A stretch of DNA of 64,000 bases from an uncultured Parasphingorhabdus sp. (GTDB lineage: Bacteria > Pseudomonadota > Alphaproteobacteria > Sphingomonadales > Sphingomonadaceae): contig NZ_CAXBIA010000008.1 of the NCBI RefSeq assembly GCF_963975735.1, positions 26,525-90,524 of the forward strand, read 5' to 3'. The notes beneath the pieces are model-generated. The model was given only the letters and a program-made list of their open reading frames with translations. It was not told the DNA's origin and searched no databases. Both the position numbers and the translations under genes were made by a program. Shown here in pieces: positions 9,013 to 18,735 of the stretch; the first letter of the stretch is position 1, and each line of letters starts with the position of its first letter.

Positions 9013-9417
9013 TTAAAGCTTTTTGCGACGCCGGGCTGCCATTCGGCCAGTAACCAGTCCGGCCAGCCCAATGCCGAGCATCAGCATGTTCGAAGGTTCG
9101 GGAACCGGAGTACCGCCGGAAGAAGATCCGGTCCCGCCCGAAGAGCCTGTTCCCCCTGAAGTGCCTGTTCCTCCGGAAGAACCTGTTCCGCCTGTCGACG
9201 TTCCGTTTCCGGATGAACCCGAACTACCCCAGCCCGAGCTACCCCAACCGGAACTACCCCAGCCGGAACTACCCCAGCCCGAGCTACCCCAGCCCGAGCT
9301 ACCCCACCCTTTGACGGAGCCGCGACTGTCGCTGCTCCAGGTCGCATCGGCAGGAGCGCTGGCTACAACAGCCAGTGCTGCGGCGGCGGTCCAGATCGTA
9401 TATTTCATCAGTTTCAT
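9013..9417 (-). CDS. PEP-CTERM sorting-domain protein, Gly/Ser/Trp repeat-rich
   Basis: Signal peptide MKLMKYTIWTAAAALAVVASAPADA, six GWGSS repeats, a GS/GT-rich tract, and C-terminal VPEPSNMLMLGIGLAGLVTGRMAARRRKKL (PEP motif + TM helix + basic tail). Start set to ATG 9417. Confidence 0.8.
   Translation of the reverse strand: MKLMKYTIWTAAAALAVVASAPADATWSSDSRGSVKGWGSSGWGSSGWGSSGWGSSGWGSSGWGSSGSSGNGTSTGGTGSSGGTGTSGGTGSSGGTGSSSGGTPVPEPSNMLMLGIGLAGLVTGRMAARRRKKL
9221..9310. repeat. 15-bp tandem repeat x6 (coding, GWGSS units)
   Basis: The plus strand reads GAACTACCCCAGCCC / GAGCTACCCCAACCG / GAACTACCCCAGCCG / GAACTACCCCAGCCC / GAGCTACCCCAGCCC / GAGCTACCCCACCCT, in frame in the PEP-CTERM gene. 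Confidence 0.9.
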
Positions 9418-9613
9418 AGTCGAATTCCATTCCCAAATTTTAAAAATCCCATGGAAATAGTTAAGCAAGAGGCCTGCCAGTTCGCCGGAAAGCCCAGCTT
9501 AGCGGCGATAGAATAGTTAATGATATTTCGAAAAATCAGCAGATGTAAAGTAAACCGACATTAACCATCGCCCGACATGGCGATAATCGGGGAATATTTA
9601 CAATTTTGCCGGA

Positions 9614-10375
9614 TCAGGCCCGGGCGGGCAGCTTCGCAGCGCGTAGCGCGGCATGGGCGTCAGCAATGCTATATTGGCCGAAGTGGAATATCGAGGCCGC
9701 GAGCACAGCGTTGGCATGGCCTTTGGTTACACCCTCGACCAGATGGTCAAGATTGCCGACCCCGCCGCTAGCCACCACCGGTATGGACACCGCGTCGGCA
9801 AGCATGCGGGTCAGTGCCAGATCATAGCCGTCGCGGGTGCCGTCGCGGTCCATCGAGGTGACCAGCAACTCCCCTGCCCCCAGATCGGCCATGCGGACGG
9901 CATGTTCCAGCGCGTCGATCCCGGTCGGCGTACGGCCGCCATGGGTGAATATTTCCCAGCGCCCTTCCGCCACTTTGCGGGCGTCGATCGAGGCAACCAT
10001 GCACTGGCTGCCGAATCGGGTAGCAATGTCGCTGACCACTTCGGGCCGCGACACAGCGGCACTGTTCACCGCGACCTTGTCCGCTCCGGCCATCAGCAAA
10101 GCCCGCGCATCATCCGCCGTGCGGACGCCGCCGCCGACGGTCACCGGCATAAAGCAGACCTCGGCGGTACGCCGGACGACATCGATGATCGTGTCACGAT
10201 TTTCGTGAGATGCAGTGATGTCGAGAAAGCAGAGTTCGTCTGCGCCAGCCGCATCGTAGGCCTGCGCCTGCTCGACCGGATCGCCGGCGTCCTGCAGATC
10301 GACGAAATTGACGCCCTTGACCACGCGGCCATTGGCAACGTCGAGACAGGGAATGACGCGGATACGGACGGTCAT
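9614..10375 (-). CDS. hisF: imidazole glycerol phosphate synthase, cyclase subunit
   Basis: 253 aa. [17 protein letters not shown], the typical HisF TIM barrel. Confidence 0.95.
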   Translation of the reverse strand: MTVRIRVIPCLDVANGRVVKGVNFVDLQDAGDPVEQAQAYDAAGADELCFLDITASHENRDTIIDVVRRTAEVCFMPVTVGGGVRTADDARALLMAGADKVAVNSAAVSRPEVVSDIATRFGSQCMVASIDARKVAEGRWEIFTHGGRTPTGIDALEHAVRMADLGAGELLVTSMDRDGTRDGYDLALTRMLADAVSIPVVASGGVGNLDHLVEGVTKGHANAVLAASIFHFGQYSIADAHAALRAAKLPARA

Positions 10376-10385
10376 GAGCGTCCCG

Positions 10386-10460
10386 CCGTTCGTCTCGAGC
10401 GAAGTCGAGAGACGTTTGCGCGCGAAACCAATGTGTCTCGACTGCGCTCGACACGAACGG
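10386..10460. repeat. REP/MITE-like imperfect palindrome in the hisF-hisA spacer
   Basis: CCGTTCGTCTCGAGCGAAGTCGAGAGAC - 19-nt centre - GTGTCTCGACTGCGCTCGACACGAACGG. The arms are near reverse complements, and the same arms recur inside uvrA at 24594-24649. Confidence 0.8.
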
Positions 10461-10471
10461 ATTGAAACAAC

Positions 10472-11209
10472 TCAACCACGATTGGCCATCGCAATCGCCG
10501 TCGCCAGATCGAGCCGACCATCATATAGGGCCCGGCCGGTAATCACGCCTTCAATCCCGTCCTTGGCGAACTGGCTGAGCATGTGAATGTCGTCGAGACC
10601 CTTGACCCCGCCGCTGGCGATCACCGGAATATCGACGCCGCGCGCCAGATCGACGGTGGCTTCGATATTGCAGCCGGTCAGCATGCCGTCGCGGCCGACA
10701 TCGGTGAACAGGATCGAGGCAACGCCTGCGTCCTCGAACCGGCGGGCAAGATCGCGGACGCTGACATCCGACACATCGGCCCAGCCTTCGGTCGCGACCA
10801 TGCCGTCCCGTGCGTCAACCGCGACGACGATGCCGCCTTCATATTCTTTCGCCATATCCTTGACGAAATCGGGATCCTTGAGCGCAGCGGTTCCGATCAC
10901 CAGCCGGGCGACACCCAGTTCGAACCAGCGCTCCACCGTCTCGCGATTGCGGATACCGCCGCCGAGCTGTACATAGCCGGGAAAGCTGGCGACAATCGCT
11001 TCCACCGCTTCGGCGTTCTGGGGCGATCCGGCAAAAGCGCCGTCGAGATCGACCACATGAATATGCTCGGCACCGGCAGCGGCAAACAGGCCGGCCTGTT
11101 CCGCCGGATTGTCGCCATAGACGGTGGCGCGGTCCATATCACCTTCGGCCAAGCGCACGACTTCGCCCGATTTGAGGTCAATTGCGGGAAATACGATCAT
11201 GGTTTCCAC
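10472..11209 (-). CDS. hisA: 1-(5-phosphoribosyl)-5-[(5-phosphoribosylamino)methylideneamino]imidazole-4-carboxamide isomerase
   Basis: 245 aa. IVFPAIDLKSGEVVRL...GGGIRN...SGGV, the HisA pattern. Overlaps the hisH end by 13 nt. Confidence 0.93.
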   Translation of the reverse strand: METMIVFPAIDLKSGEVVRLAEGDMDRATVYGDNPAEQAGLFAAAGAEHIHVVDLDGAFAGSPQNAEAVEAIVASFPGYVQLGGGIRNRETVERWFELGVARLVIGTAALKDPDFVKDMAKEYEGGIVVAVDARDGMVATEGWADVSDVSVRDLARRFEDAGVASILFTDVGRDGMLTGCNIEATVDLARGVDIPVIASGGVKGLDDIHMLSQFAKDGIEGVITGRALYDGRLDLATAIAMANRG

Positions 11210-11817
11210 TCCAGAAAACGGTTGAGAAAGGCCAGTCCATAAGCCTGGCTTTTCTCCGGATGAAATTGCACGCCGACGATATTGTCGCAGCCAACCGCCG
11301 ATACCAGCGGCACGCCGTGGCTGGTCTTCGCCAATATGTCGGCTTCATTGGCGGCATCAAAATGATAGCCGTGCAGATAATAAGCTTCGCCCGACTCGAG
11401 CAGATCATGCCCCTCGGTCGGGGTCACATCGTTCCAGCCCATATGCGGGATCTTTATTTCGTCACTGGCAGGCTCGATCGCCTTTACCGTGCCGCCAATC
11501 CAGCCGAGACCGTCATGCTCGCCAAATTCGATGCCTTTGTCGGCCAGCATCTGCATTCCGACACAGATGCCGAGAAAAGGTATGCCCTCAGCGCGGACCC
11601 GCCGATCCATCGCGGCAACCATGCCGTCGATCGCTACCAGTGCATCGCGGCAGGCACCAAAGGCGCCAACGCCGGGCAATATGATCCGGTCGGCGCGCGC
11701 CACCAGTTCCGGGTCGGTGGTTACAGAGACATGGCCGGCCCCTGCGGCCATCAAGGCGTTGTGGACACTGTGCAAATTGCCGGCGCCGAAATCTATAAGA
11801 GCGATGGTTTCAGACAT
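11197..11817 (-). CDS. hisH: imidazole glycerol phosphate synthase, glutamine amidotransferase subunit
   Basis: IALIDFGAGNLHSV, GICVGMQML (catalytic Cys) and VQFHPEKS. Start set to ATG 11817; the track start 11829 is TTG. Confidence 0.93.
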   Translation of the reverse strand: MSETIALIDFGAGNLHSVHNALMAAGAGHVSVTTDPELVARADRIILPGVGAFGACRDALVAIDGMVAAMDRRVRAEGIPFLGICVGMQMLADKGIEFGEHDGLGWIGGTVKAIEPASDEIKIPHMGWNDVTPTEGHDLLESGEAYYLHGYHFDAANEADILAKTSHGVPLVSAVGCDNIVGVQFHPEKSQAYGLAFLNRFLEWKP

Positions 11818-11934
11818 AATGCCAATCAACCGCCGAATGCGCGAAGATTACCCGAAATCCGCATCTTCTTTGCGACTTCGCGGCTTCGCGTGATAGAATC
11901 CTGAAGAAAAGTCCGCTGACGCGGGAAACACAAC

Positions 11935-12528
11935 TCAGCCACCCAATTGCCCCTTGGTCGAGGGAATCGCGTCGCCCTTGCGCGGGTCGCGCTCGACAGC
12001 CTGACGCATCGCGCGGGCAAAGCCCTTGAAGATGCTTTCCGCAATATGGTGGTTATTCTCGCCATAGAGCAATTCGATATGCAGCGTGATCCCGGCAGCA
12101 TCGGCGACGCTGTGGAACCAGTGTTTGAACAATTCCGTGTCCATCTCGCCCAGCCGCTCCTGCGTGAAGCCGGCGTTCCATACGAAATAGGGGCGGCCGG
12201 AAATATCCAGCGCCACCCGGCTCAACGTCTCGTCCATCGGCGAATAGGCACTGCCGTAGCGCACGATACCGGCCTTGTCGCCGAGCGCCTGATGGATCGC
12301 CTGGCCCAGCGCGATGGCGCTGTCTTCCGTGGTATGATGCTGGTCGACGTGGAGGTCGCCCTTGATCTTCATTTTCAGGTCAATCAGCGAATGACGCGAG
12401 AATTGCTCGATCATATGATCGAGGAAACCAATGCCGGTGGACACGTCAAATTGGCCGGTCCCGTCAAGGTTCAACTCGACAAAAATCTCGGTTTCTTTGG
12501 TATTTCGCTCGATTGTCGCTGTTCTCAT
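11935..12528 (-). CDS. hisB: imidazoleglycerol-phosphate dehydratase
   Basis: 197 aa. RNTKETEI...GIGFLDHM...DQHHTTED...ENNHHIAES, the IGPD motifs. Confidence 0.95.
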   Translation of the reverse strand: MRTATIERNTKETEIFVELNLDGTGQFDVSTGIGFLDHMIEQFSRHSLIDLKMKIKGDLHVDQHHTTEDSAIALGQAIHQALGDKAGIVRYGSAYSPMDETLSRVALDISGRPYFVWNAGFTQERLGEMDTELFKHWFHSVADAAGITLHIELLYGENNHHIAESIFKGFARAMRQAVERDPRKGDAIPSTKGQLGG

Positions 12529-12642
12529 GCAGATGGCCTATAAAGGCTTGGACAAATCAGGCAAGAATTTCGCGGTCTTTGGTCGACAGGAAATTCATTT
12601 TACACTCTTGACCCGCTGCCCGCTTCACGCCACCTAGTGCAA

Positions 12643-13128
12643 ATGAGTGAAGATGCCCCAGATAGCCTGATTCCATATGACGAAATCGTGCAGGAAGCCC
12701 TGCGCGCTGTGGTAAGCCGGGTGCTGGGAGAAGTCGTCAAAGGCGGCCTTCCCGGCGAGCATCATTTTTATATCACCTTCAAGACCCGCGCCCCCGGCGT
12801 CGACATTCCCGATCATCTGATCGCGAGATTTCCGGACGAGATGACGATCGTCATCCAGAACCGCTACTGGGACCTGAAGGTCGACAAGGATCGATTCGAA
12901 GTCGGACTGAGCTTCAACCAGATCAGCTCCATGCTGCATATCCCGTTCGCGGCGATAACCTCCTTCGTTGATCCGGCGGTCGATTTTGCGCTGCAATTCC
13001 ATGTTGACGAGATCGAGGGCGATGTGAACAGCCACGACCCGGCGGAAAATGACGGCGAGACGGAAACGGTCAAGCCGGCTGATGATGGCTCCAACGTGGT
13101 GACGGTGGACTTCGGCAAGAAAAAGTGA
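12643..13128 (+). CDS. sspB: SspB-like ClpXP adaptor (stringent starvation protein B homologue, alphaproteobacterial type)
   Basis: LIPYDEIVQEALRAVVSRVL...GLPGEHHFYITFKTRAPGVDIP...MTIVIQNRYWDLKV. Start at ATG 12643 (in-frame GTG at 12637). Its stop overlaps the fumC GTG start. Confidence 0.75.
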   Translation: MSEDAPDSLIPYDEIVQEALRAVVSRVLGEVVKGGLPGEHHFYITFKTRAPGVDIPDHLIARFPDEMTIVIQNRYWDLKVDKDRFEVGLSFNQISSMLHIPFAAITSFVDPAVDFALQFHVDEIEGDVNSHDPAENDGETETVKPADDGSNVVTVDFGKKK

Positions 13129-14519
13129 GCGGGACCCGCACAGAGACCGACTCTCTTGGCGAGATACAGGTTCCCGCCGACGCCTATTGGGGCGCACAGA
13201 CACAACGCAGTATCGAGAATTTCCCGTTCCCGCGTCAGGAACGCATGCCGATCCGGCTGATCCACGCATTGGCCGCCGTCAAACAGGCCGCCGCGCGGGT
13301 CAACGGCATCCATGGCCTGGAACCGGAAATTTCTGCGGCGATCGAAAAAGCCGCCAATGCCGTGCGGACCGGCGAATATGACAATCAATTTCCACTGACC
13401 ATCTGGCAGACCGGATCCGGAACCCAGTCGAACATGACCGTCAACGAAGTGATCGCCGGCGTCGCCAACGAGGCGATATACGGCACCCGCGGCGGCAAAT
13501 ATCCGGTCCACCCAAACGACCATGTCAATCGCGGCCAATCGTCGAACGACAGTTTCCCCACCGCCATGCATGTCGCGGCGTCGCGGGCGCTGGAAGTCGA
13601 ACTATTCCCGGCGCTGGAACAATTGCACGATGCGCTGGCGGAAAAGGCGCAGAAATGGAAGTCTATCGTCAAGATCGGCCGCACCCATTTGCAGGACGCC
13701 ACGCCGCTGACCCTCGGACAGGAATTTTCCGGCTATGCAGCGCAACTGGTGGCCGCGCGTGACCGGATAGAAACCGTCCTCCCCCGATTGCGCCAGCTGG
13801 CGCAAGGCGGCACTGCCGTCGGGACCGGCCTGAATGCGCCGGAAAATTTCGGCGAGAATATCGCCAAGGAAATCTCCAAGATCACCGGCCTGAAATTCAC
13901 TTCTGCCCCGAACAAGTTCGCCGAACTGGCGGCTCATGACACGATGGTCGAATTGTCCGGCGCGCTCAACACGCTCGCGGTGTCGCTGACCAAGATCGCC
14001 AATGATATCCGCCTGCTCGGCTCCGGCCCGCGTTCCGGGCTCGGCGAGCTCGACCTGCCGGCCAATGAGCCGGGCAGTTCAATCATGCCGGGCAAGGTCA
14101 ATCCGACCCAGTGCGAGATGCTGACCATGGTCGCTGCACAGGTTATCGGCAATCATCAGGCGGTGACCGTCGGCGGACTGCAAGGCCATCTCGAACTCAA
14201 TGTATTCAAGCCGCTGATTGGCGCCAATGTCCTCCGCTCGATCGAGATCATCTCGATCGGCATGTCCAGCTTTTCCGAGCGCTGTGTGGAAGGCCTGGAG
14301 GCTAATGAGGTGCGGATCAAGCAGCTGGTCGACAATTCACTCATGCTGGTGACCGCGCTGGCTCCGGTGATCGGCTATGACAAGGCTGCGGCGATTGCCA
14401 AATATGCCCATAAAACCGGCCAGACCCTTCGCGCATCCGCGCTGGAGCTCGGTCTGGTTGACGCAGAAACCTACGATACCCATGTTAGACCTGAGAATAT
14501 GGTCGGCAAACATGGCTGA
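13125..14519 (+). CDS. fumC: class II fumarate hydratase
   Basis: 464 aa. TETDSLGEIQVPADAYWGAQTQRS and GSSIMPGKVNPTQCE (fumarate lyase signature). Confidence 0.96.
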   Translation: MSGTRTETDSLGEIQVPADAYWGAQTQRSIENFPFPRQERMPIRLIHALAAVKQAAARVNGIHGLEPEISAAIEKAANAVRTGEYDNQFPLTIWQTGSGTQSNMTVNEVIAGVANEAIYGTRGGKYPVHPNDHVNRGQSSNDSFPTAMHVAASRALEVELFPALEQLHDALAEKAQKWKSIVKIGRTHLQDATPLTLGQEFSGYAAQLVAARDRIETVLPRLRQLAQGGTAVGTGLNAPENFGENIAKEISKITGLKFTSAPNKFAELAAHDTMVELSGALNTLAVSLTKIANDIRLLGSGPRSGLGELDLPANEPGSSIMPGKVNPTQCEMLTMVAAQVIGNHQAVTVGGLQGHLELNVFKPLIGANVLRSIEIISIGMSSFSERCVEGLEANEVRIKQLVDNSLMLVTALAPVIGYDKAAAIAKYAHKTGQTLRASALELGLVDAETYDTHVRPENMVGKHG

Positions 14520-14534
14520 TCCGGGAACCAGAGC

Positions 14535-14828
14535 ATGTCGCTAATCAGAAATATATTCACCACCATGGTCGGTTACGAGGCGCGCAAGCACACCACGGGT
14601 CATGGCTTGCGCAATTTCGGCCTCGGCATGATCGCCGCCCGCATAGCGACCCGGTCCGTCCCCGGCGCGCTGCTGGTCGGCGGGGCGCTGATCGCGAAAA
14701 AACTCTATGATGACTCGAAAGAGGCAGAAGCGCTTCCCGCATCCGAGGCGGTTATCGAGATCGAAGGCCGTCCGGTTCCCGAAAAGAAAAAAGCCGCTGC
14801 AAAACCGGCGCTAAGGCTTCCCGGTTAG
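14535..14828 (+). CDS. hypothetical small protein
   Basis: 97-aa ORF with one hydrophobic stretch and a Lys/Ala-rich tail. No recognised family and a weak RBS. Confidence 0.35.
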   Translation: MSLIRNIFTTMVGYEARKHTTGHGLRNFGLGMIAARIATRSVPGALLVGGALIAKKLYDDSKEAEALPASEAVIEIEGRPVPEKKKAAAKPALRLPG

Positions 14829-15422
14829 CCAGTAGCCGGTACCGGCCGCCTGCCAGTCCTTCACCGCCTCGATCGGTACCGTGAGCATCAGGATGTTGAG
14901 CGCGAGATTGTCGCGGATCATATAGCCGGTAAACAGCTCGAAAATAACGGCAATTGCCAGCGTCACCTTCCACGGCAGCCGTGATGCGAGAAAGAATCCG
15001 ACGATCATCCATGCAATATCGGCCATCGAGTTGATGATGGAGTCCCCTTCATAGCCATAGGAAATAGTCGCCTCGCGATAACGGTCGATGATGACCGGCG
15101 AATTTTCCAGCACTTCCCACGCGCCCTCGACCAATATCGAGAGACAGACGATGACACCGAGCGGGAACAGCTTCGGGAAGCGCTTGCGCAAGAGATGGCC
15201 GATACCGAAGAAGATGAACCCGTGAATGATATGGCTCATCGAATACCAGTCGGCGAGATGCTGGCTGTTTTCCGATGATTGGACAACGCCCTGCCACAGC
15301 TTGACCGTACCGCAAGCGCAGATCGGCGGGCGTCCCATGCCAAACAGGATCAGCCCGAATAAGGCGAATAATATCAACGCGATCAGCGTACTGCTCTTGC
15401 TGATCCTGAGCGGCCATTTCAT
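14811..15422 (-). CDS. DUF2585/UPF0314-like integral membrane protein
   Basis: MKWPL...[41 protein letters not shown] resembles the UPF0314 family. Start set to ATG 15422. Confidence 0.6.
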   Translation of the reverse strand: MKWPLRISKSSTLIALILFALFGLILFGMGRPPICACGTVKLWQGVVQSSENSQHLADWYSMSHIIHGFIFFGIGHLLRKRFPKLFPLGVIVCLSILVEGAWEVLENSPVIIDRYREATISYGYEGDSIINSMADIAWMIVGFFLASRLPWKVTLAIAVIFELFTGYMIRDNLALNILMLTVPIEAVKDWQAAGTGYWLTGKP

Positions 15423-15549
15423 CCTGCACTTCCTCCCACGCAACGATCATGTGAGAACAGCTTATCCTCCCAATTGCAATATTGATTGTAACTGACATTG
15501 CTGTAAGCTGCCTGAGAACCGCCAATATGAAGCGGCACAGGAGAGCATA

Positions 15550-16830
15550 TTGGCAACCACCGCGCAATCCGGGCAAGCGCCCCGCAAATTCTATGGCTGG
15601 AACAATGTAAGCCTGTTTTTCTTCATCCAGTTTGCCGCATCCGGCTTTGTCTATTTCGCCTATTCGGTGGTCTTCCCGGTGATGGTCGAGACCATGAACT
15701 GGAACCGCGGCTCCGCCTCCATTGCCCAGTCGGTTGCGCTGATAACGCTTGGCTTGTCCTACCCTCTGACCGGCTATTTGCTGAGCCGTTCGGGTGTCCG
15801 GAGAACCGTTACCATCGGACTGCTGGTGATGCTGGCCGGTCTTCTGCTGCTGGTTTTCGGCGTCACCGAATTATGGCACTGGATCCTGGTCTGGGGCGTG
15901 GTCATGGGGCTGTCTTTCGGTCTGACTGGTCCGATCTGCGCGCAGACCGCCATGATCAGCTGGTTCAGCATCAAGCGATCGACAACGATCGGCATAGTCA
16001 TGACCGGCGGCGCGCTCGGCGGCGCGATGGCGCAGCCAGCGCTGGCCGAGATGATGAACCGGTTTGACAGCTGGCGGGCCGCCTGGACCATTGCCGCCGC
16101 AATGGTCGTCATTGCGCTCGTCGCGACGCGGTTCATCATCAATCGCCCGGGCGATATCGGTCAATTCCCCGACAATATCGATCCCGCACGCGCGATCAGT
16201 GACGAGCAGGCCCATCACACGCGCCCGAAAACCTATCGCACCGACCATGCTTGGACGATGCGGGAGATCATCCGCAAACCGACCCTTTATCTGATGATGG
16301 TGATTTCGGTCGGTTATCTGGGCACCTTCTTTGCCTTGCTCAATCACGGCGTTCTGCATCTGACAGACAACGGTTTGAACGGGCTCGAGGCGGCCGCAAT
16401 ATTCGGACTTCTGATCTTGGGCAGCGGGCTGGCGCGGATTCCGGCTGGCTGGCTCGGCGACCAGTTCGAACTGCGCTGGACAATATTCGGATCCATCGCC
16501 CTGATGGCCTTGGCCCTGGCCGGATTCTGGCAGGGTCAGGAGATATGGCTGTTGTCGCTTATGGGGATGCTGTTCGGCGCCGGCTATGGCAGTCTGCTGG
16601 TATTGCTCCCTGCAGCAATCGGCAATTATTTCGGCGAGCGCGCCTTTCCCATCATCAATTCCCTGTTCGCTCCTGTGGTTCTGCCCTTCGCCGCCGCGGC
16701 GCCCGCCGGAGCCGGCTTTGTCTTCGAGGCTACCGGCAGCTACGACTTCGCCTTTGGTGGCGCGATCATCCTGCTGTCCGCCGGAATGGTCGCCGCCTTT
16801 TGTCTCAAACCACCGGCAACGCCCGCCTAG
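15550..16830 (+). CDS. MFS transporter
   Basis: 426 aa with about 12 hydrophobic segments in two halves and a central loop. TTG start. Confidence 0.7.
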   Translation: MATTAQSGQAPRKFYGWNNVSLFFFIQFAASGFVYFAYSVVFPVMVETMNWNRGSASIAQSVALITLGLSYPLTGYLLSRSGVRRTVTIGLLVMLAGLLLLVFGVTELWHWILVWGVVMGLSFGLTGPICAQTAMISWFSIKRSTTIGIVMTGGALGGAMAQPALAEMMNRFDSWRAAWTIAAAMVVIALVATRFIINRPGDIGQFPDNIDPARAISDEQAHHTRPKTYRTDHAWTMREIIRKPTLYLMMVISVGYLGTFFALLNHGVLHLTDNGLNGLEAAAIFGLLILGSGLARIPAGWLGDQFELRWTIFGSIALMALALAGFWQGQEIWLLSLMGMLFGAGYGSLLVLLPAAIGNYFGERAFPIINSLFAPVVLPFAAAAPAGAGFVFEATGSYDFAFGGAIILLSAGMVAAFCLKPPATPA

Positions 16831-17945
16831 ATATTCCCGTCGCTGGACAGCAAAGCCGCTATCGGACGCGTTCCGGGCCGGCGCGCCAGCACGATCATCA
16901 ATATGGTCGTGAACGGCACCGCCAGTATCGCCCCGGGAATACCCCACAGGCTGCTCCAGATGGCCAGCGAGACCAGCACCACCATCGGGCTGAGATTGAC
17001 CGATTTGCTCAGCATCTTCGGTTCGACAACATTGCCGATAACCACCTGCGCGGTCGTCATCAGACCGGTAGCGATCAAGGGAATGGTCAGACTGCCGAAC
17101 TGGGCCACGGCAAAGAGCGCCGGAAAAGCGACGCCTACGAAAGACCCGATATAGGGAATATAGTTGAGCAGACCGATGATGATCGCCCACAAAGCGGCAT
17201 ATTCCACGCCCAATATCAGCAATATCAGCCAGCAGACGACGCCCAATATGATATTGATCAGCGTCTTGGTCGCCAGATAGCTGCCGATATCATGGTTGAT
17301 CCGGGTGATCATATTCAGCGTGTCGGTGGAATCGCTGTCCGAACCGAAGGCGCGGCGCACTTTCTCCGGAAAACCGGTGATCTCGCTGAGCAGAAAGGAT
17401 GCGTACAGGATCGTGATGAAGACAAATCCGCCGAAACTGGTCAGCGAGGACAGGACCGACTGGGCCAGCGCGGCGATATCGATCTCGGTAAAAAATCTGG
17501 TCGCGAATTCGCTTATCGCCTTCGCGACCGCTTCCGTTCCGCGGTCAAAAATCGCGGTCGGCGACGCCATGAGTTCGGAAACCTCCGGGCGGCCGATCCC
17601 GCCATTGGCCGGAGCCGGGAACCAGGCTGCAAACAGATTTTCCAGATTGCGCTGGTAGACCGGCAGCGATGGCACGAGATTTTGCAGGCTCGCGACCAGC
17701 ATCCGGGTCATCGCGAAAAGCAGGGCAAGGACCCCGATCAGGGCAAGCGTGGCGCGCAACCACAGGGGAGTCTGGCCCAGCCCCGGTATGCGGGCGACCG
17801 TCGCGCTCGCGGCATAGAGTATCTGCAGCAGGATGACAGCGGTCACGATCGGCAATATGATGTCCTTGCCGACGTAAAACAGCCAGCCGACCATGATGGT
17901 AATGCCGACCGCGTAAAATATAGTGCTGATGCGTCCCTGAATCAT
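16827..17945 (-). CDS. AI-2E family transporter (PerM/UPF0118)
   Basis: 372 aa, polytopic. LNYIPYIGSFVGVAFPALFA and LSPMVVLVSLAIWSSLWGIPGAILAVP are typical of AI-2E/UPF0118. Confidence 0.8.
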   Translation of the reverse strand: MIQGRISTIFYAVGITIMVGWLFYVGKDIILPIVTAVILLQILYAASATVARIPGLGQTPLWLRATLALIGVLALLFAMTRMLVASLQNLVPSLPVYQRNLENLFAAWFPAPANGGIGRPEVSELMASPTAIFDRGTEAVAKAISEFATRFFTEIDIAALAQSVLSSLTSFGGFVFITILYASFLLSEITGFPEKVRRAFGSDSDSTDTLNMITRINHDIGSYLATKTLINIILGVVCWLILLILGVEYAALWAIIIGLLNYIPYIGSFVGVAFPALFAVAQFGSLTIPLIATGLMTTAQVVIGNVVEPKMLSKSVNLSPMVVLVSLAIWSSLWGIPGAILAVPFTTILMIVLARRPGTRPIAALLSSDGNI

Positions 17946-18066
17946 GATTTTCGAATAGCCGGATTTTAACAGACTGTCATCAGCAGGATTGTACCGGACA
18001 GGCGGGATCGAAAAAACATGCTAGCAGCATCTTGACGCCGCCCGCCCTTCTCGGCCAATAGCCGCT

Positions 18067-18735
18067 ATGGCCGAGAATATATCTTCCCAGAATATCGACA
18101 ATGATCATCGCGAACTGAGCCGCCGCGGCCTGTTGTTCGTGCTGTCCTCGCCCTCCGGAGCCGGCAAGTCGACGCTCGCCAAGATGTTGCTGGAATCCGA
18201 CGACGAGATTGCCATGTCGGTCTCCGTCACCACCCGGCCGAAACGGCCCGGCGAGGAACATGGCAAGGATTATTATTTTGTCACTGGCGACGAATTTGAA
18301 GAGATGGTCGCCGATCACAGTTTCCTCGAATATGCCACGGTATTCGGCAATCGCTACGGCACGCCGGCCGTTCCGGTTAACCAGAGTCTGACGGATGGAC
18401 AGGATGTTCTGTTCGATATCGACTGGCAGGGGACACAGCAGCTTTATCAGCGCGCCGGACAGGATGTTGTCCGCGTCTTCATCCTGCCACCGTCCCTTGA
18501 CGAACTGCGCAACCGGCTGGAAAGCCGCAACACCGATGCGACCGAGATTATCGAGAGCCGGATGCAACGCGCCGCCAGCGAGATCAGCCATTGGGACGGT
18601 TATGATTATGTCCTGATCAACGACGATCTCGACGCCTGCTTTGCCAAGGTGAAGCAGATCCTCGCCACCGAACGCATGCGCCGGGCGCGGCAAACCGGTC
18701 TGATCGGATTTGTCCGGGATTTGATGGCAGAATAA
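18067..18735 (+). CDS. gmk: guanylate kinase
   Basis: LLFVLSSPSGAGKSTL (P-loop), TTRPKRPGEEHGKDYYFV and DIDWQG. Confidence 0.95.
   Translation: MAENISSQNIDNDHRELSRRGLLFVLSSPSGAGKSTLAKMLLESDDEIAMSVSVTTRPKRPGEEHGKDYYFVTGDEFEEMVADHSFLEYATVFGNRYGTPAVPVNQSLTDGQDVLFDIDWQGTQQLYQRAGQDVVRVFILPPSLDELRNRLESRNTDATEIIESRMQRAASEISHWDGYDYVLINDDLDACFAKVKQILATERMRRARQTGLIGFVRDLMAE

Noticed and set aside
9221-9310. Regularly spaced 15-bp repeats considered as a possible CRISPR-like array
   Set aside because: The units are contiguous with no spacers. They are in frame inside a gene with a signal peptide and a PEP-CTERM tail, and no cas genes are present.
11830-11934. hisB-hisH spacer examined for another copy of the REP families
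   Set aside because: Only short, weak dyad symmetry is present, with no match to the arm sequences of the three repeat families.
12634-13571. 211-aa and 235-aa minus-strand ORFs
   Set aside because: They are antisense to sspB and fumC, and no motifs are present.
15871-17969. 439-aa minus-strand and 572-aa plus-strand ORFs overlapping the MFS and AI-2E transporter genes
   Set aside because: Both are opposite-strand shadows of polytopic membrane protein genes. Their translations are Arg/Gly/Asp-rich low complexity with no motifs.
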